From the IMG/VR virus record IMGVR_UViG_3300020045_009706, positions 1 to 57,878 of that record: DNA of 57,878 nucleotides; one strand, given 5' to 3'. Positions 29,257-38,870 of the stretch are shown here, piece by piece. Below the pieces are notes generated by a model. The model had not been told where the DNA came from, did not search any database, and was given only the letters and a program-made list of their open reading frames with translations. The position numbers and the translations under genes were made by a program. Within the stretch, counting starts at the first letter, position 1; each line of letters begins with the position of its first letter. This stretch comes from a virus. Its lineage: Duplodnaviria; Caudoviricetes.

Positions 29257-29372
29257 TAGATGTACCTATAGGAAGACCATCCTATTAAACTGCAGTAAAC
29301 AGGATGGAACCTTTGATTTTATTTAATTCCTAGGTTTGCTATAATATGGGTTTCCTCCTATAGAAACATCTA
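29257..29372. ncRNA. Candidate multibranch structured RNA
   Basis: Nested stems TAGATGT/ACATCTA and CTATAGGA/TCCTATAG enclosing CCATCCT/AGGATGG and AACCT/AGGTT hairpins. Confidence 0.4.
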
Positions 29373-29411
29373 ATATTATTCTATTTTTTCTTGTAGTGGT
29401 ATTTTTATGCA

Positions 29412-29867
29412 CTAATCCTTAGTTTTATTCAGATGATCTGTTACGGCTTTAGCAATCTCTTCCGTAATGCCTGTCTCCCATGATGTCTTGAAGAAATGCT
29501 CCTGTTGTTCAGGCAACATATCGTTATTATCATCCAATATTGCGTAACGAGTCACTTCAGGATGACGATCAAGCCAGTCCTTTATCTCTCTCCCTCTGTG
29601 GATATGCTCCATACTTTCTCTCTCTTCATCTGTATAGGAAAGATTCGGAGTAACATCAAGAAGATCAGCAATTTGCTCCTTAACTTCTTTAATCCCTTCA
29701 GGAGTACACCTCCATGCTGAAGACAAGACGATTTTGCAATCCGTATCTAACTGTATCTTGCCAACCATAAATGCTATATGGGGATCAATCCCTATATAAC
29801 CACGATGTCTTTGAGACGTTGTAGCACAGTTGCAAACTCCATCTATGTCTAAAAAGAGTATTTTCAT
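29412..29867 (-). CDS. HAD-family phosphatase of the Swiss-Army-Knife RNA-repair type
   Basis: FLDIDGV, IVLSSAWR, RGREI..WL, YAILDD. Confidence 0.8.
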   Translation of the reverse strand: MKILFLDIDGVCNCATTSQRHRGYIGIDPHIAFMVGKIQLDTDCKIVLSSAWRCTPEGIKEVKEQIADLLDVTPNLSYTDEERESMEHIHRGREIKDWLDRHPEVTRYAILDDNNDMLPEQQEHFFKTSWETGITEEIAKAVTDHLNKTKD

Positions 29868-29870
29868 ATG

Positions 29871-30095
29871 TTAATATGTTATAGTAATTGGATATATTTT
29901 TACGTGCCTAAACTCTTTGAGAGTTTTTTTGTACTCTTGAGCACGATGCTTTGAATGACCTGACCAATCAGATACAAAGATTGCAGATCCATGATTGTCG
30001 TCAGACATGCTTCTTCCTTCGGGAATGACGAGACATGGTTCATTTAGCTCTGTATTTATGACTGCCCACCCTTTTATTGTTCTTTTCTTTTTCAT
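29871..30095 (-). CDS. Hypothetical protein
   Basis: ATGA-coupled ORF. Confidence 0.45.
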   Translation of the reverse strand: MKKKRTIKGWAVINTELNEPCLVIPEGRSMSDDNHGSAIFVSDWSGHSKHRAQEYKKTLKEFRHVKIYPITITY

Positions 30096-31066
30096 GTTAT
30101 AGATTGATTAGCTGATAAGACTACATTGATAAGAGCATCCAAGGTTCGTTTATCGTATTTTTCAATATAACATCGGTCTGCAAGTTTATTTTTGGAATCT
30201 TTTACTCCACATGGTCTTTCTCCTCTTTCACACTGTAGTCCATGGTCGATAATCTCTTCTTTTCTCATCCCCTCAATTATCGTTCTGATGCGATTTTTCT
30301 CTTCTTGGCGGACTTCTTCTTTTTTTTGTGTTTCTTGTTCAGCGATTTTTTTCAAATGGATTATAGTAGCATCTTTTTTATCTAATTCAACTGAAATAAA
30401 GTTCTTTATTGTACCTATCTCATCTATACCTGATACAGTTTCTTCTCTAAGATTCATTTTTCTCGCTAGTACATAGAATCTATCAATCCATGCCTCTCGT
30501 TCTTCGTTCTCCCAGGATTGAAGGAGGGGTGAAGACGGATGACAACGACAATGAGGCTTTTTACAGAGTTCTACAGCGCAATCTCCTGCGTAACAGTGAG
30601 GGCAACATTGACCTTTTGGGTTTGTACCTTCTTTACAGTCACATTCCTCTCCATTCTCAATCTTTAATTCTCTTTTTAAAGTCGCCTCGATCTGTTCTTT
30701 TCCTTCCTTACTGATCTTGTGAGGGTTTAAGCCTCCAAGGTATTCGCCTTTGAAGTAATAATGAACTTCCTCTAGCTTTTTGTTGTTGACTGGTTGCCAG
30801 ATTTCAATTTCAAGCTCCTCTACATGCTTATCAGAAACTGAGTGAAAATTACCGTTAGGAGGATAGTGTTTTGGACAGGTGAATGTATCAGAACACTTAC
30901 CAAACCCACCTACTTCAATACAATCTATTTTTTCTTCTTGAGCCTCGAATGGTTTTAAACACACAGCACAGATGTATTTAATACCTGTATTTGTTAGATC
31001 AGCACCAATTTTCTTTCCTCCGCAACACTTTGACTTTTCTTCTGTATCTTTAGGGTCTTGTTTCAT
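30092..31066 (-). CDS. Cys-rich mosaic hypothetical protein
   Basis: Several small Cys/His clusters and a coiled coil. Confidence 0.55.
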   Translation of the reverse strand: MKQDPKDTEEKSKCCGGKKIGADLTNTGIKYICAVCLKPFEAQEEKIDCIEVGGFGKCSDTFTCPKHYPPNGNFHSVSDKHVEELEIEIWQPVNNKKLEEVHYYFKGEYLGGLNPHKISKEGKEQIEATLKRELKIENGEECDCKEGTNPKGQCCPHCYAGDCAVELCKKPHCRCHPSSPLLQSWENEEREAWIDRFYVLARKMNLREETVSGIDEIGTIKNFISVELDKKDATIIHLKKIAEQETQKKEEVRQEEKNRIRTIIEGMRKEEIIDHGLQCERGERPCGVKDSKNKLADRCYIEKYDKRTLDALINVVLSANQSIT

Positions 31067-31089
31067 ATGATTATTTTTTACTTAATTTT

Positions 31090-31518
31090 TCACAATGAGG
31101 GCATGGGGGTCTCTGGGATTTTTTCATCTTTTAGTAAGATAGTCACTATACAATTCGTCATCCCTCCTTGTGCCCACGCAAGCAATTCTTCCCTTTTTAT
31201 ACCATACCTACGGCTTATTGTCTTTACGATGTGGAACGATTCATGACTGATAGTGTCAACATCTAAACCATTCGGAGCAATCGTTACTGTATCGTCGAAC
31301 GAAGACCACTCACCCATAGCATTATTGAGATCTCCTATCTTTACATGAACCTTGAAGCCAAGTTTTTGGATCTCGCATGTCTTATCACGAGTATTGGTGA
31401 ATGGTGACATTTGATACTCTTCATATCTATAGCCTCTCAGCCCTGACATAAAGAATCCTAGATTTGCTCCCAATATGCAGCAGAACAGAAAGAACCATTT
31501 AGGATTTCGTGTTTTCAT
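31090..31518 (-). CDS. Membrane-anchored HExxH metallopeptidase-like protein
   Basis: N-terminal TM; TISHESFH motif with downstream EE. Confidence 0.5.
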   Translation of the reverse strand: MKTRNPKWFFLFCCILGANLGFFMSGLRGYRYEEYQMSPFTNTRDKTCEIQKLGFKVHVKIGDLNNAMGEWSSFDDTVTIAPNGLDVDTISHESFHIVKTISRRYGIKREELLAWAQGGMTNCIVTILLKDEKIPETPMPSL

Positions 31519-31523
31519 CTTCC

Positions 31524-31751
31524 TTAATATTTAACACAACTTATACCAACTCCACTGTATAAGAAACAGACAGTTTTTGTATCTTCGTCGATTAACTTGG
31601 TGACACTCTTATAACCAGGTCCTCTTATTGTATCTCCTAAATAAAACTTCGTTTCTGTAGTAAGAGCTGATGATTTTAAAGGTAGACATAGTCCAACACC
31701 TAGGGCTATCAGGACTATAGCGATGACAATACTTAATATAATTCTTTTCAT
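31524..31751 (-). CDS. Small secreted/membrane protein
   Basis: Signal-like N-terminus; VCF...GISCV end. Confidence 0.55.
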   Translation of the reverse strand: MKRIILSIVIAIVLIALGVGLCLPLKSSALTTETKFYLGDTIRGPGYKSVTKLIDEDTKTVCFLYSGVGISCVKY

Positions 31752-31777
31752 AAAGTCTTTTTTAATGCTTTTTTATA

Positions 31778-31877
31778 GTGTTTCCGACAAAACACGTTGT
31801 GCTTCACTTGAATCCACCAACCTTCCCTAAGAGCAACATGGCACTTTGCACAACGCTTACTCTTAGGATTTGATGGA
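31778..31877 (-). ncRNA. Candidate pseudoknotted RNA
   Basis: Two nested stems (G-U pairs only on minus strand) whose loop pairs 8 bp with an outside segment. Confidence 0.5.
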
Positions 31878-31884
31878 GGTTTCA

Positions 31885-32301
31885 TTACTTTCTCAACTGT
31901 TCTAATAGATACTTCTTGTCATTATCACTGAGTTTGTCAGCATATTTCCCAATCAAGGTCTCGTCTTTCTTCTGAAGAATCTCAGCCATGATCTCGTTTT
32001 TATCCTGTTCTTTCTTTGTGATCTCTCCGACATCAGAATCAACAAATTCTCCAAATATATCCATCATGGTAGCCGAAGCATACATACTGAACATAATCTC
32101 TTGAGGATCAATTTCTTCTGTGGTACCTTTCTTTTTCAGGTACTCCGCAAATTCTTTACGAGCGTTTACAAGAGTACTCTCAAATTCATACTCAGATTGT
32201 AGAGCAAGATGATTAAAGTTTCTCCAATTCAAGACAAAAACAAAGAGTTTTGGCTCGATCTGCTTTTTCTTTAAACTGAATAGGAAATTAAAGAGTTTCA
32301 T
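31885..32301 (-). CDS. Hypothetical protein
   Basis: Start taken at MKLFNF, 6 nt after a TGGTATAAT element. Confidence 0.5.
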   Translation of the reverse strand: MKLFNFLFSLKKKQIEPKLFVFVLNWRNFNHLALQSEYEFESTLVNARKEFAEYLKKKGTTEEIDPQEIMFSMYASATMMDIFGEFVDSDVGEITKKEQDKNEIMAEILQKKDETLIGKYADKLSDNDKKYLLEQLRK

Positions 32302-32321
32302 AGATCTATTATACCATTTTG

Positions 32322-33620
32322 TTAGTTCTGATCCCAAACTTTCTGACCTTCTTCACGAACAAGAGCACGGAGAACTGAATCAACACTCGTATCCTTAACA
32401 ACAGCAGGTTCAGCCATGAAATCAATCTGCATTTTTGTAAGCTCAATACTCATCTCTACATGCTTGTCAGCGAGAGTCTCGCCATCTGCAACAGAGAGCA
32501 GGGCACGATTTGCGATCTCTTTGATAACTGCACCTTGAACCTGAGGAGTAATGTGTGCAAGTCGAGCATAGTCAAGACCATCAGCTTTGATAAATTTCTC
32601 ATACATAACAGCAATAGTGTCTTTGTTTGGAAGATCAAAGTTAAGAACAACGTCAATACGACCTGGGCGACGAAATGCCTGATTGATCTTCTCTTTATGG
32701 TTTGTAGTCATAATGAGAGTAAGAGCCTGACCCTTCGTTTGAATACCGTCAATGGTATTTAGAAGGTCATTGATTTCAGTACCACGATCACCAGATGCCA
32801 TTTCATCAATATCTTCGACGAAGACTACACTAGGCTGATAGTGCTTTGCAACTTCAAGAACTTCACTGAGATTTCGATCCTTGCAGTAGATGAATGTCTG
32901 ACCTGCTCCATTAGCAGCACGACCGATCTTAAGAGCTGTTTCCGTCTTTCCAGTACCATAAGGACCTGCAAAAAGGATTCCACGCTTCTCTTTCTTCCCT
33001 GATAGAAGAGGCTTAAGGATGAAGTTATCAAGAACAAGTTGTTCATTTGTATTGAGAATTATCTCATCAGTACCTCGGTTTTCAATGAATGAGAAACCAC
33101 GACCACTTTCCCACATAAGACATTTAGCCTTATAGATACTATTTGTCGAAAGTTCTTTTTCAATAGCATTGAAGAATTCATCAACTCGATCTCCAAATCG
33201 ACGCTTCGCTGTAATCTTGATATATGCCTGAGTAGGGCGACCACCTGCTCCAATCTCAGCAGTTGCTCCATCCCATGAAGCAATCTTAAAATTTCCAACG
33301 AAACAATCCTCATAAGTATTGATATCAGTTTGAATCTTCACTTCCTGTGGAAGTTCCTCACCACCAAAGAAACCTCGTGTACTCTGAGCATTGATCCAAC
33401 CGAATGTCTGCTTTGATACTCGCATTGATGCGACAAGTGCATCATTGTATGACCATCCTTGAAATATCTTTATTTTCTCTACGACCTTCTCCTCTTCTTG
33501 ATGTTGCAATTCAAGTTCTTTAGAAGCCTCAAGTTTTGTCATCTTCTTAGGAATTGTAATTGTATCTGTATCTGTAAACACTGTCTGCACATTTTTGACC
33601 TCTGTATTATTTTTAGCCAT
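32322..33620 (-). CDS. AAA+ ATPase (classical AAA clade)
   Basis: GPYGTGKT, VFVEDID, LLNTIDG, TTN, RRPGRID. Confidence 0.9.
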   Translation of the reverse strand: MAKNNTEVKNVQTVFTDTDTITIPKKMTKLEASKELELQHQEEEKVVEKIKIFQGWSYNDALVASMRVSKQTFGWINAQSTRGFFGGEELPQEVKIQTDINTYEDCFVGNFKIASWDGATAEIGAGGRPTQAYIKITAKRRFGDRVDEFFNAIEKELSTNSIYKAKCLMWESGRGFSFIENRGTDEIILNTNEQLVLDNFILKPLLSGKKEKRGILFAGPYGTGKTETALKIGRAANGAGQTFIYCKDRNLSEVLEVAKHYQPSVVFVEDIDEMASGDRGTEINDLLNTIDGIQTKGQALTLIMTTNHKEKINQAFRRPGRIDVVLNFDLPNKDTIAVMYEKFIKADGLDYARLAHITPQVQGAVIKEIANRALLSVADGETLADKHVEMSIELTKMQIDFMAEPAVVKDTSVDSVLRALVREEGQKVWDQN

Positions 33621-33633
33621 TTAATTATATTGT

Positions 33634-33984
33634 TTAATTTTTAATTTGTTCTTTTTTCTCTTCACCATGAACCACACATTCAGGATCTCCGCAATCTTCA
33701 AGGTTTTCACCCTTAGCCATTTTGCGTACTACTTCAGCAAGAGCTTCCTTTAGTTCAGGAGGGAGTTCTTTACCTTCCAATTTCATCGCTATGATCTTTT
33801 TCTGAACATAGATTGTAGTGAGAACCATGAGTAACCACTCAAGAGCAAACCACGCACAAGCAATGCCTGCTGCAGTCCTTAATCCTGTATGACCATCTGC
33901 TTGATATGCGATGAGGAACAAGATTGAAGCAAGAACTATCGCCTTGAATTTATTTGATGTTTTTATCATTTTTGTATTCTTCAA
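33634..33984 (-). CDS. Two-TM membrane protein
   Basis: Two hydrophobic helices; C-terminal CxxxxCxxH. Confidence 0.55.
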   Translation of the reverse strand: MKNTKMIKTSNKFKAIVLASILFLIAYQADGHTGLRTAAGIACAWFALEWLLMVLTTIYVQKKIIAMKLEGKELPPELKEALAEVVRKMAKGENLEDCGDPECVVHGEEKKEQIKN

Positions 33985-34438
33985 TTAACGTTTGTAAATC
34001 TTCAAAAGGTTTCCAACCAGTCGCAATCGAATAAGCATCGTGAGGACTGTCCTTTTTTACATGACAAGGATGACAGAGCAATTGTAGATTATCGTAGTGA
34101 TTGCTTCCTCCTTCAGAACGCTTCTTAATGTGATCTATTTCCAAATCGGAAAGAGAAAACCTGTTTTTGCACCATTGACATATTCTTCCGTGTTGTAAAG
34201 CGAGATTTCTTTTTATAGTCTTTCGACTTGTAAGATAGCCTGAGCCATATTTCTGGCGATCTTTCTTGCTTTTCTCTCGTTGCTTTTTTACTCGTCTGAA
34301 TTCCTTGTCAAAGTAATAACGGATTCCGTATTTCTTTGCACGAGGTGTCATTTCTCTGATGTCTTTAATCTTCCTTTTTACCCCCCACCGAATGATTCTT
34401 ATTATCGTCTTCACTCTCCAAAGCAGTATCTTTATCAT
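33950..34438 (-). CDS. HNH endonuclease
   Basis: CQWC...DHIKKRSEGGSNHYDNLQLLCHPCH. Confidence 0.9.
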   Translation of the reverse strand: MIKILLWRVKTIIRIIRWGVKRKIKDIREMTPRAKKYGIRYYFDKEFRRVKKQREKSKKDRQKYGSGYLTSRKTIKRNLALQHGRICQWCKNRFSLSDLEIDHIKKRSEGGSNHYDNLQLLCHPCHVKKDSPHDAYSIATGWKPFEDLQTLIEEYKNDKNIK

Positions 34439-34709
34439 AGATGTCTATCAACTCAAAGTCCTTAGAACTTCGGAAGTAAATATCGAATTTGCTGAATGAT
34501 TCAAGGGTTCGTATTGCATATGCAGTCGCCAGAGCACTCTCATAGCCTCTGCAAAAGTATTCCCTATCTAACATAGAGCAGAGATTCTCATCCCATACTT
34601 GTACACGATAGTCACCGAATAGCATTTCTTCAATTTCAATATGTTGACGTTCTTCCATATTATTACTCTTTTTTTGCAGTCCCTCCTTTTCCATCAGTAA
34701 GAGAGACAC
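34365..34709 (-). CDS. Hypothetical protein (true start likely MEERQ)
   Basis: Packed operon ORF. Confidence 0.4.
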   Translation of the reverse strand: MSLLLMEKEGLQKKSNNMEERQHIEIEEMLFGDYRVQVWDENLCSMLDREYFCRGYESALATAYAIRTLESFSKFDIYFRSSKDFELIDIYDKDTALESEDDNKNHSVGGKKED

Positions 34710-34971
34710 CTGTCATTTGAGCCATCAGAACCATGCTTGCTACTCCTGGGCGATCTTCTTCAATGCTTTCACAAAGAGTCATGAGTGCTTTAACACCAGA
34801 GAATTCACATATCTTCAAAACTCCTTCTGTGTGAGTCTCGTCTTGAGTAAGTGCAAAGATGAAACCGTTGCCATTCTTCTTCATCATCTTTTTGATTTTT
34901 TCAAACTGTGCTTCAAGATTCTTATCCCAAATCTGTTTCTTTTTTTCTACTTTTTTTGTTGTTTTTGCCAT
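34663..34971 (-). CDS. Hypothetical protein
   Basis: Packed operon ORF. Confidence 0.5.
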   Translation of the reverse strand: MAKTTKKVEKKKQIWDKNLEAQFEKIKKMMKKNGNGFIFALTQDETHTEGVLKICEFSGVKALMTLCESIEEDRPGVASMVLMAQMTGVSLTDGKGGTAKKE

Positions 34972-34972
34972 G

Positions 34973-35305
34973 TTATATAAGTTTTAATTGACCCTTATCA
35001 GACACATCCCAATGTTTGATCGGAATATAGAAGGTTTTTCCTCCTGAAAAATTCCGTTCAAATCCATTGGTTCGTGCTGACTCAGTCGTTATCCGATAAT
35101 CTTTTTCTTCATCTTTGTAATGAATATCAGGAATGTCATTGTCTTCCAAATATTTCAGTACATCGGGATGTATGCTCCAAGCATCAAATATCTTCATGCG
35201 ATCCTTAGCGGTTACTCTTCGACAGAATTTTCTGTCTTTTAAGAAACCATGAGGTTTCATACCCTTAGGAGTTTCTACAAAGAAATTTTGATCCTTGAAT
35301 ATCAT
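34973..35305 (-). CDS. Hypothetical protein
   Basis: Packed operon ORF. Confidence 0.55.
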   Translation of the reverse strand: MIFKDQNFFVETPKGMKPHGFLKDRKFCRRVTAKDRMKIFDAWSIHPDVLKYLEDNDIPDIHYKDEEKDYRITTESARTNGFERNFSGGKTFYIPIKHWDVSDKGQLKLI

Positions 35306-35306
35306 A

Positions 35307-35762
35307 CTATTTTACAATTTCTACTTCACTTCCTTCCTGTTCGTAATAGTATTCCTTCAACTCACCAAGAGTCATTTTCACAATTTCAGGAACAGAAAGG
35401 TCTTCCTCAAGAGCGATATGAATACTTCCATCATCTTCTAAACATTTGACGACATATGCATTCTCTTCATTTTCAGTATCCCAATGAACTGCAACAACAG
35501 AAGATCTCTGAGATTCATTCTGATTGTAAACCTTGTCACCGATCTTGAATTTTGCCTTTTTAGGTTTCATTACTTTTTCTATATTAGGCTTACTTGATAT
35601 TTTTTTAAAATGTTTCGCCTCGACCTCGAAACCATTTATTGTTATTTCCTTCCCCTTGACACGATCTACAACTGCTTCATAACCTTCCACGGTTGTTCCA
35701 TAAACTTTTGAAGCACTTTTTAGACCAATGACCCTATCTCCAACTTTGAATTTTTTAGCCAT
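35307..35762 (-). CDS. Protein with two SH3/KOW-like repeats
   Basis: KFKVGDRV and KFKIGDKV. Confidence 0.5.
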   Translation of the reverse strand: MAKKFKVGDRVIGLKSASKVYGTTVEGYEAVVDRVKGKEITINGFEVEAKHFKKISSKPNIEKVMKPKKAKFKIGDKVYNQNESQRSSVVAVHWDTENEENAYVVKCLEDDGSIHIALEEDLSVPEIVKMTLGELKEYYYEQEGSEVEIVK

Positions 35763-35780
35763 ATATTATTGAGAGAGCCT

Positions 35781-35939
35781 TTACTGATTAACAGGCTCTA
35801 TTATTACATTCTGTGTTGGAATTTCTACAGGAGCAGATGGTTTTGGATGATTGTAAGAGTACACACAATATCCTATGAATACTGCCACAATGAGAGTAAA
35901 AACCAATTCTCCTTTACTAACACGTTCTTTTTTAAGCAT
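35781..35939 (-). CDS. 52-aa single-TM protein (not in ORF track)
   Basis: Manual translation MLKKERVSKGELVFTLIVAVFIGYCVYSY...EPVNQ. Confidence 0.45.
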   Translation of the reverse strand: MLKKERVSKGELVFTLIVAVFIGYCVYSYNHPKPSAPVEIPTQNVIIEPVNQ

Positions 35940-35949
35940 ATGATTTATT

Positions 35950-36780
35950 TTATAGTTCTTCTAGTAATAGCATCTCTTCATCCCACGCTCCAAGAATCTG
36001 CCAAACATGACCGAATGGAGATTGAGCAAGAAGAATTGGATCTCTCCGCTTCTCTGTCTTCTCAAAATCCTTTTTGTTAGCAATGATATAGAATACAGGT
36101 TTCTTACCAGAAAGTTTCTTGGTATTGTCTGTATATCTCTTCATTGCATCTACAGCCTCTTTAGGCATATCTGCGAGGAATTGTGATACTTCTCCGACCT
36201 TGAGATAATCATGGTTTTTAACCAACTCATTGACTTTAGTAGTCGTCGTATAAGGGAACTCTTCATAGAAGTCCTTAAAATCAGGGTATTTCTTTCTGTT
36301 CTCAAATCGACTTACGATACTGCCAATCTCAATTGTTCCACGATCCATGTCGAACTCCTGTGTTTTAATCATCCCCAACTTTTCCTTAAATGTCGTAAGT
36401 TGTTCATCAACATACTTTTCATCAACATTCAAAACGAATGAATCATCGTTAAGAAGTTTGAGATTGTATACTTCCTTAGGAGTCTTTTCAGGTGCAGCAG
36501 GTACAGGAGGGATAGGGTTTTTAGCAGGTCTGCCTCTCTTTTTAGCACTTGATTCTGTCAGAGTATTCGATGCAGTTCGGAAGTTCATAGAACTTTCTAC
36601 CAATTCTCCCCATAATGCAGTTGACCTACCACGATTCAGACCTGTATCCTTATAGAAGTCAATGAGAAACTCAGATTCCTTCAAACGATCAATCCCATTG
36701 TTGTATAGACCAACAGATTTTGGGTTTGAACCATTTTTTGTAAGCTCAAAGAGATCCTTGCCAAATAGTTTTAGTTTCAT
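35950..36780 (-). CDS. Hypothetical protein
   Basis: 276-aa ORF ending DPILLAQSPFGHVWQILGAWDEE. Confidence 0.6.
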   Translation of the reverse strand: MKLKLFGKDLFELTKNGSNPKSVGLYNNGIDRLKESEFLIDFYKDTGLNRGRSTALWGELVESSMNFRTASNTLTESSAKKRGRPAKNPIPPVPAAPEKTPKEVYNLKLLNDDSFVLNVDEKYVDEQLTTFKEKLGMIKTQEFDMDRGTIEIGSIVSRFENRKKYPDFKDFYEEFPYTTTTKVNELVKNHDYLKVGEVSQFLADMPKEAVDAMKRYTDNTKKLSGKKPVFYIIANKKDFEKTEKRRDPILLAQSPFGHVWQILGAWDEEMLLLEEL

Positions 36781-37004
36781 TTGAATTTTCCAATGATTGA
36801 TTCTACTAATTCGTCTTCAAGTTTTTCTTTCTTGATGACCGCCTGCTCAGTAATGACCTTGATACTTTCAGCAGTCGTTTCGTCTATGTCCTTCGCCTGT
36901 TCGTCGTAGGAAGACTGAGCATTCTCAATCTTCCCTTCAACGATGCTAATGACACGTTTTCGGATGTTCCTGTTTTTGAACATATTAGTTCTTAAGATTA
37001 ACAA
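36777..37004 (-). CDS. Hypothetical coiled-coil protein
   Basis: ATGA-coupled to next ORF. Confidence 0.45.
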   Translation of the reverse strand: MLILRTNMFKNRNIRKRVISIVEGKIENAQSSYDEQAKDIDETTAESIKVITEQAVIKKEKLEDELVESIIGKFK

Positions 37005-37830
37005 ACGGAACTGTTGATCCTGGAATCATCTGTGAAGGGAGATGACCATCCCACTTTTCAATCGCTTTCAATTGAACGAAGTCAGAACCTCCTTGTGCTG
37101 CGAGAGATTGAGCTTGTATACGCTGTGCTTCAGCAACACCCTGAGCTGTAACAACCGCTTGTTCTTTTTCATATTTAACCTGTTCAAGTTTGTTTTTAGC
37201 TGCTTCAGCATTTTGAGTAGCTGTCACCTTTGCTTCAATAGCCTTACTAAACTCTGCACTGAACTCAAAATTTGTAACAGAGAAATTTTGAAGGATAGCA
37301 CTCTTTTCAGTAAAAATTTCAGCAAGACGAGTTGTTACCTTATCACTGTACTCCGCACGCTTCGTAACGAGTTCTTCAGCCGTAAATTCAGCCGATGTAG
37401 ACTTAACAATTTCACGAACTTTTGGCTCAAGTACGGTTAATTCATAACCTTCCACTGATTTGTATTGAGAGAAAATATCAACCACCTTTGTAGGATCAAC
37501 ATTATATGTCACAACGACACCAATTTTAACATCCTGAAGGTCTTTAGATGCACCAAAGAGCTGAGATGTGTCAACTGAATCACCTTCAGTTCCATTCTTA
37601 TCGTAATTGATTGTACGAGTCTTAACATCCATGCGATGTACTGATTCCATAAAAGGAACTTTTACATAGAATCCTGGCTGTACTGTACCGACAACCTTTC
37701 CCATGCGGTCTCTGACTCCGATCGAACCTGCACTGATTGTTCCGAATGAACTGAACAAAACGATAAGGACAAACAGAGCGACTGCTGCTTTCTTCACTAA
37801 ATTATAAACACCACTATTTTCTCTTTCCAT
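36985..37830 (-). CDS. SPFH/prohibitin (band 7) family protein
   Basis: N-terminal TM, PGFYVKVPF, SKDLQ, AIEAKV.A.Q.A, IEKWDG.LP. Confidence 0.9.
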   Translation of the reverse strand: MERENSGVYNLVKKAAVALFVLIVLFSSFGTISAGSIGVRDRMGKVVGTVQPGFYVKVPFMESVHRMDVKTRTINYDKNGTEGDSVDTSQLFGASKDLQDVKIGVVVTYNVDPTKVVDIFSQYKSVEGYELTVLEPKVREIVKSTSAEFTAEELVTKRAEYSDKVTTRLAEIFTEKSAILQNFSVTNFEFSAEFSKAIEAKVTATQNAEAAKNKLEQVKYEKEQAVVTAQGVAEAQRIQAQSLAAQGGSDFVQLKAIEKWDGHLPSQMIPGSTVPFVNLKN

Positions 37831-37908
37831 GTTTTTTACTAAAAATTATTTTTATAAGATATAACGCGACTAACGCTATAGTTAGAAACACTGCGAACCT
37901 GATTGCTA

Positions 37909-38130
37909 TCATGACTTTTCTTCTTTTATTTGATTTTGTAGTAACAATTCGAGAGTCTTCTTAATCTCTTCCTCCCCCATGTTCGAGCAGGCTGAGATAA
38001 TCTGTGCTCTCTTACTTAGATCGTTGGCGACTACAACGATCAATGTTCCATTACTTCGGACTGTCGTTACTTGCTCAGTCTGAATTTCGATTTTACTGTG
38101 GTTCATTTGCAACTTCTTGTTTTGATTCAA
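37909..38130 (-). CDS. Hypothetical protein
   Basis: Packed ORF. Confidence 0.4.
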   Translation of the reverse strand: MNQNKKLQMNHSKIEIQTEQVTTVRSNGTLIVVVANDLSKRAQIISACSNMGEEEIKKTLELLLQNQIKEEKS

Positions 38131-38332
38131 GACATTCTTTCAAGAATTTTGCCAAACTCTCTGTTTCATTTGGGTCAGGGATAGCTTCCTTGCTTGCAGT
38201 CGTGCAGGTATAATATTTTGTTTCTTGAACTCGGTCTTCTTCTCGAACGTCTTTTCCTTCCTTATAGACAAGAAAAAATAAAACGATTGAACAGATCCCT
38301 ATCACTAGCCATTTAACTATATTTTGATTCAT
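38093..38332 (-). CDS. Small single-TM protein
   Basis: N-terminal hydrophobic helix. Confidence 0.5.
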   Translation of the reverse strand: MNQNIVKWLVIGICSIVLFFLVYKEGKDVREEDRVQETKYYTCTTASKEAIPDPNETESLAKFLKECLESKQEVANEPQ

Positions 38333-38337
38333 ACAAG

Positions 38338-38868
38338 TTATTTTAATATTTTTAATTCGACCAAGTAATCAATGTAATTGTCAGCACCTCGATACGGATG
38401 CACGGTATCTCGCCAATGCTTGTACTTTTCGGGATCAAGAGCCTCAAGAGGAGGAGCGTAATTCTCTATGACATAATCTGTAACACGCTCTAGGAAGCCC
38501 TGATTTAGCCGATTCTTGGTGCTTTTAGCGATTCTGTGGGTCTTACCCCTAAAGTTGATTATCTCTCCGTTAAACTCCAATTTGAGCCATTCACGCACCC
38601 TTTCTCGATCTCTACTACTGTGATGATCCATTCCTTCTTGATAGAAGGCTATGAGAGGGCATATAGCACCCTCAAAGTATCCTCGTTGTTTGGAACTTTC
38701 AGGAAACAAAGGCTTGAGTTCAAATGGCATTGTTGGATTCTCCTTAATGAACTTCTTAAGGTGCATCTTTGTATATGATCCGAACTCTAATCCTCCGTCT
38801 GGTCTGAATCTTCCCATAAATTTGGGAGGTGTTTCCTTATCTTCAGTTTTAGAAGATTTCAACTTCAT
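38338..38868 (-). CDS. NinB-like recombination accessory protein
   Basis: SKQRGYF...EWLKLEF...KST..L...F pattern; next to SSB and exonuclease. Confidence 0.4.
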   Translation of the reverse strand: MKLKSSKTEDKETPPKFMGRFRPDGGLEFGSYTKMHLKKFIKENPTMPFELKPLFPESSKQRGYFEGAICPLIAFYQEGMDHHSSRDRERVREWLKLEFNGEIINFRGKTHRIAKSTKNRLNQGFLERVTDYVIENYAPPLEALDPEKYKHWRDTVHPYRGADNYIDYLVELKILK

Positions 38869-38870
38869 AC

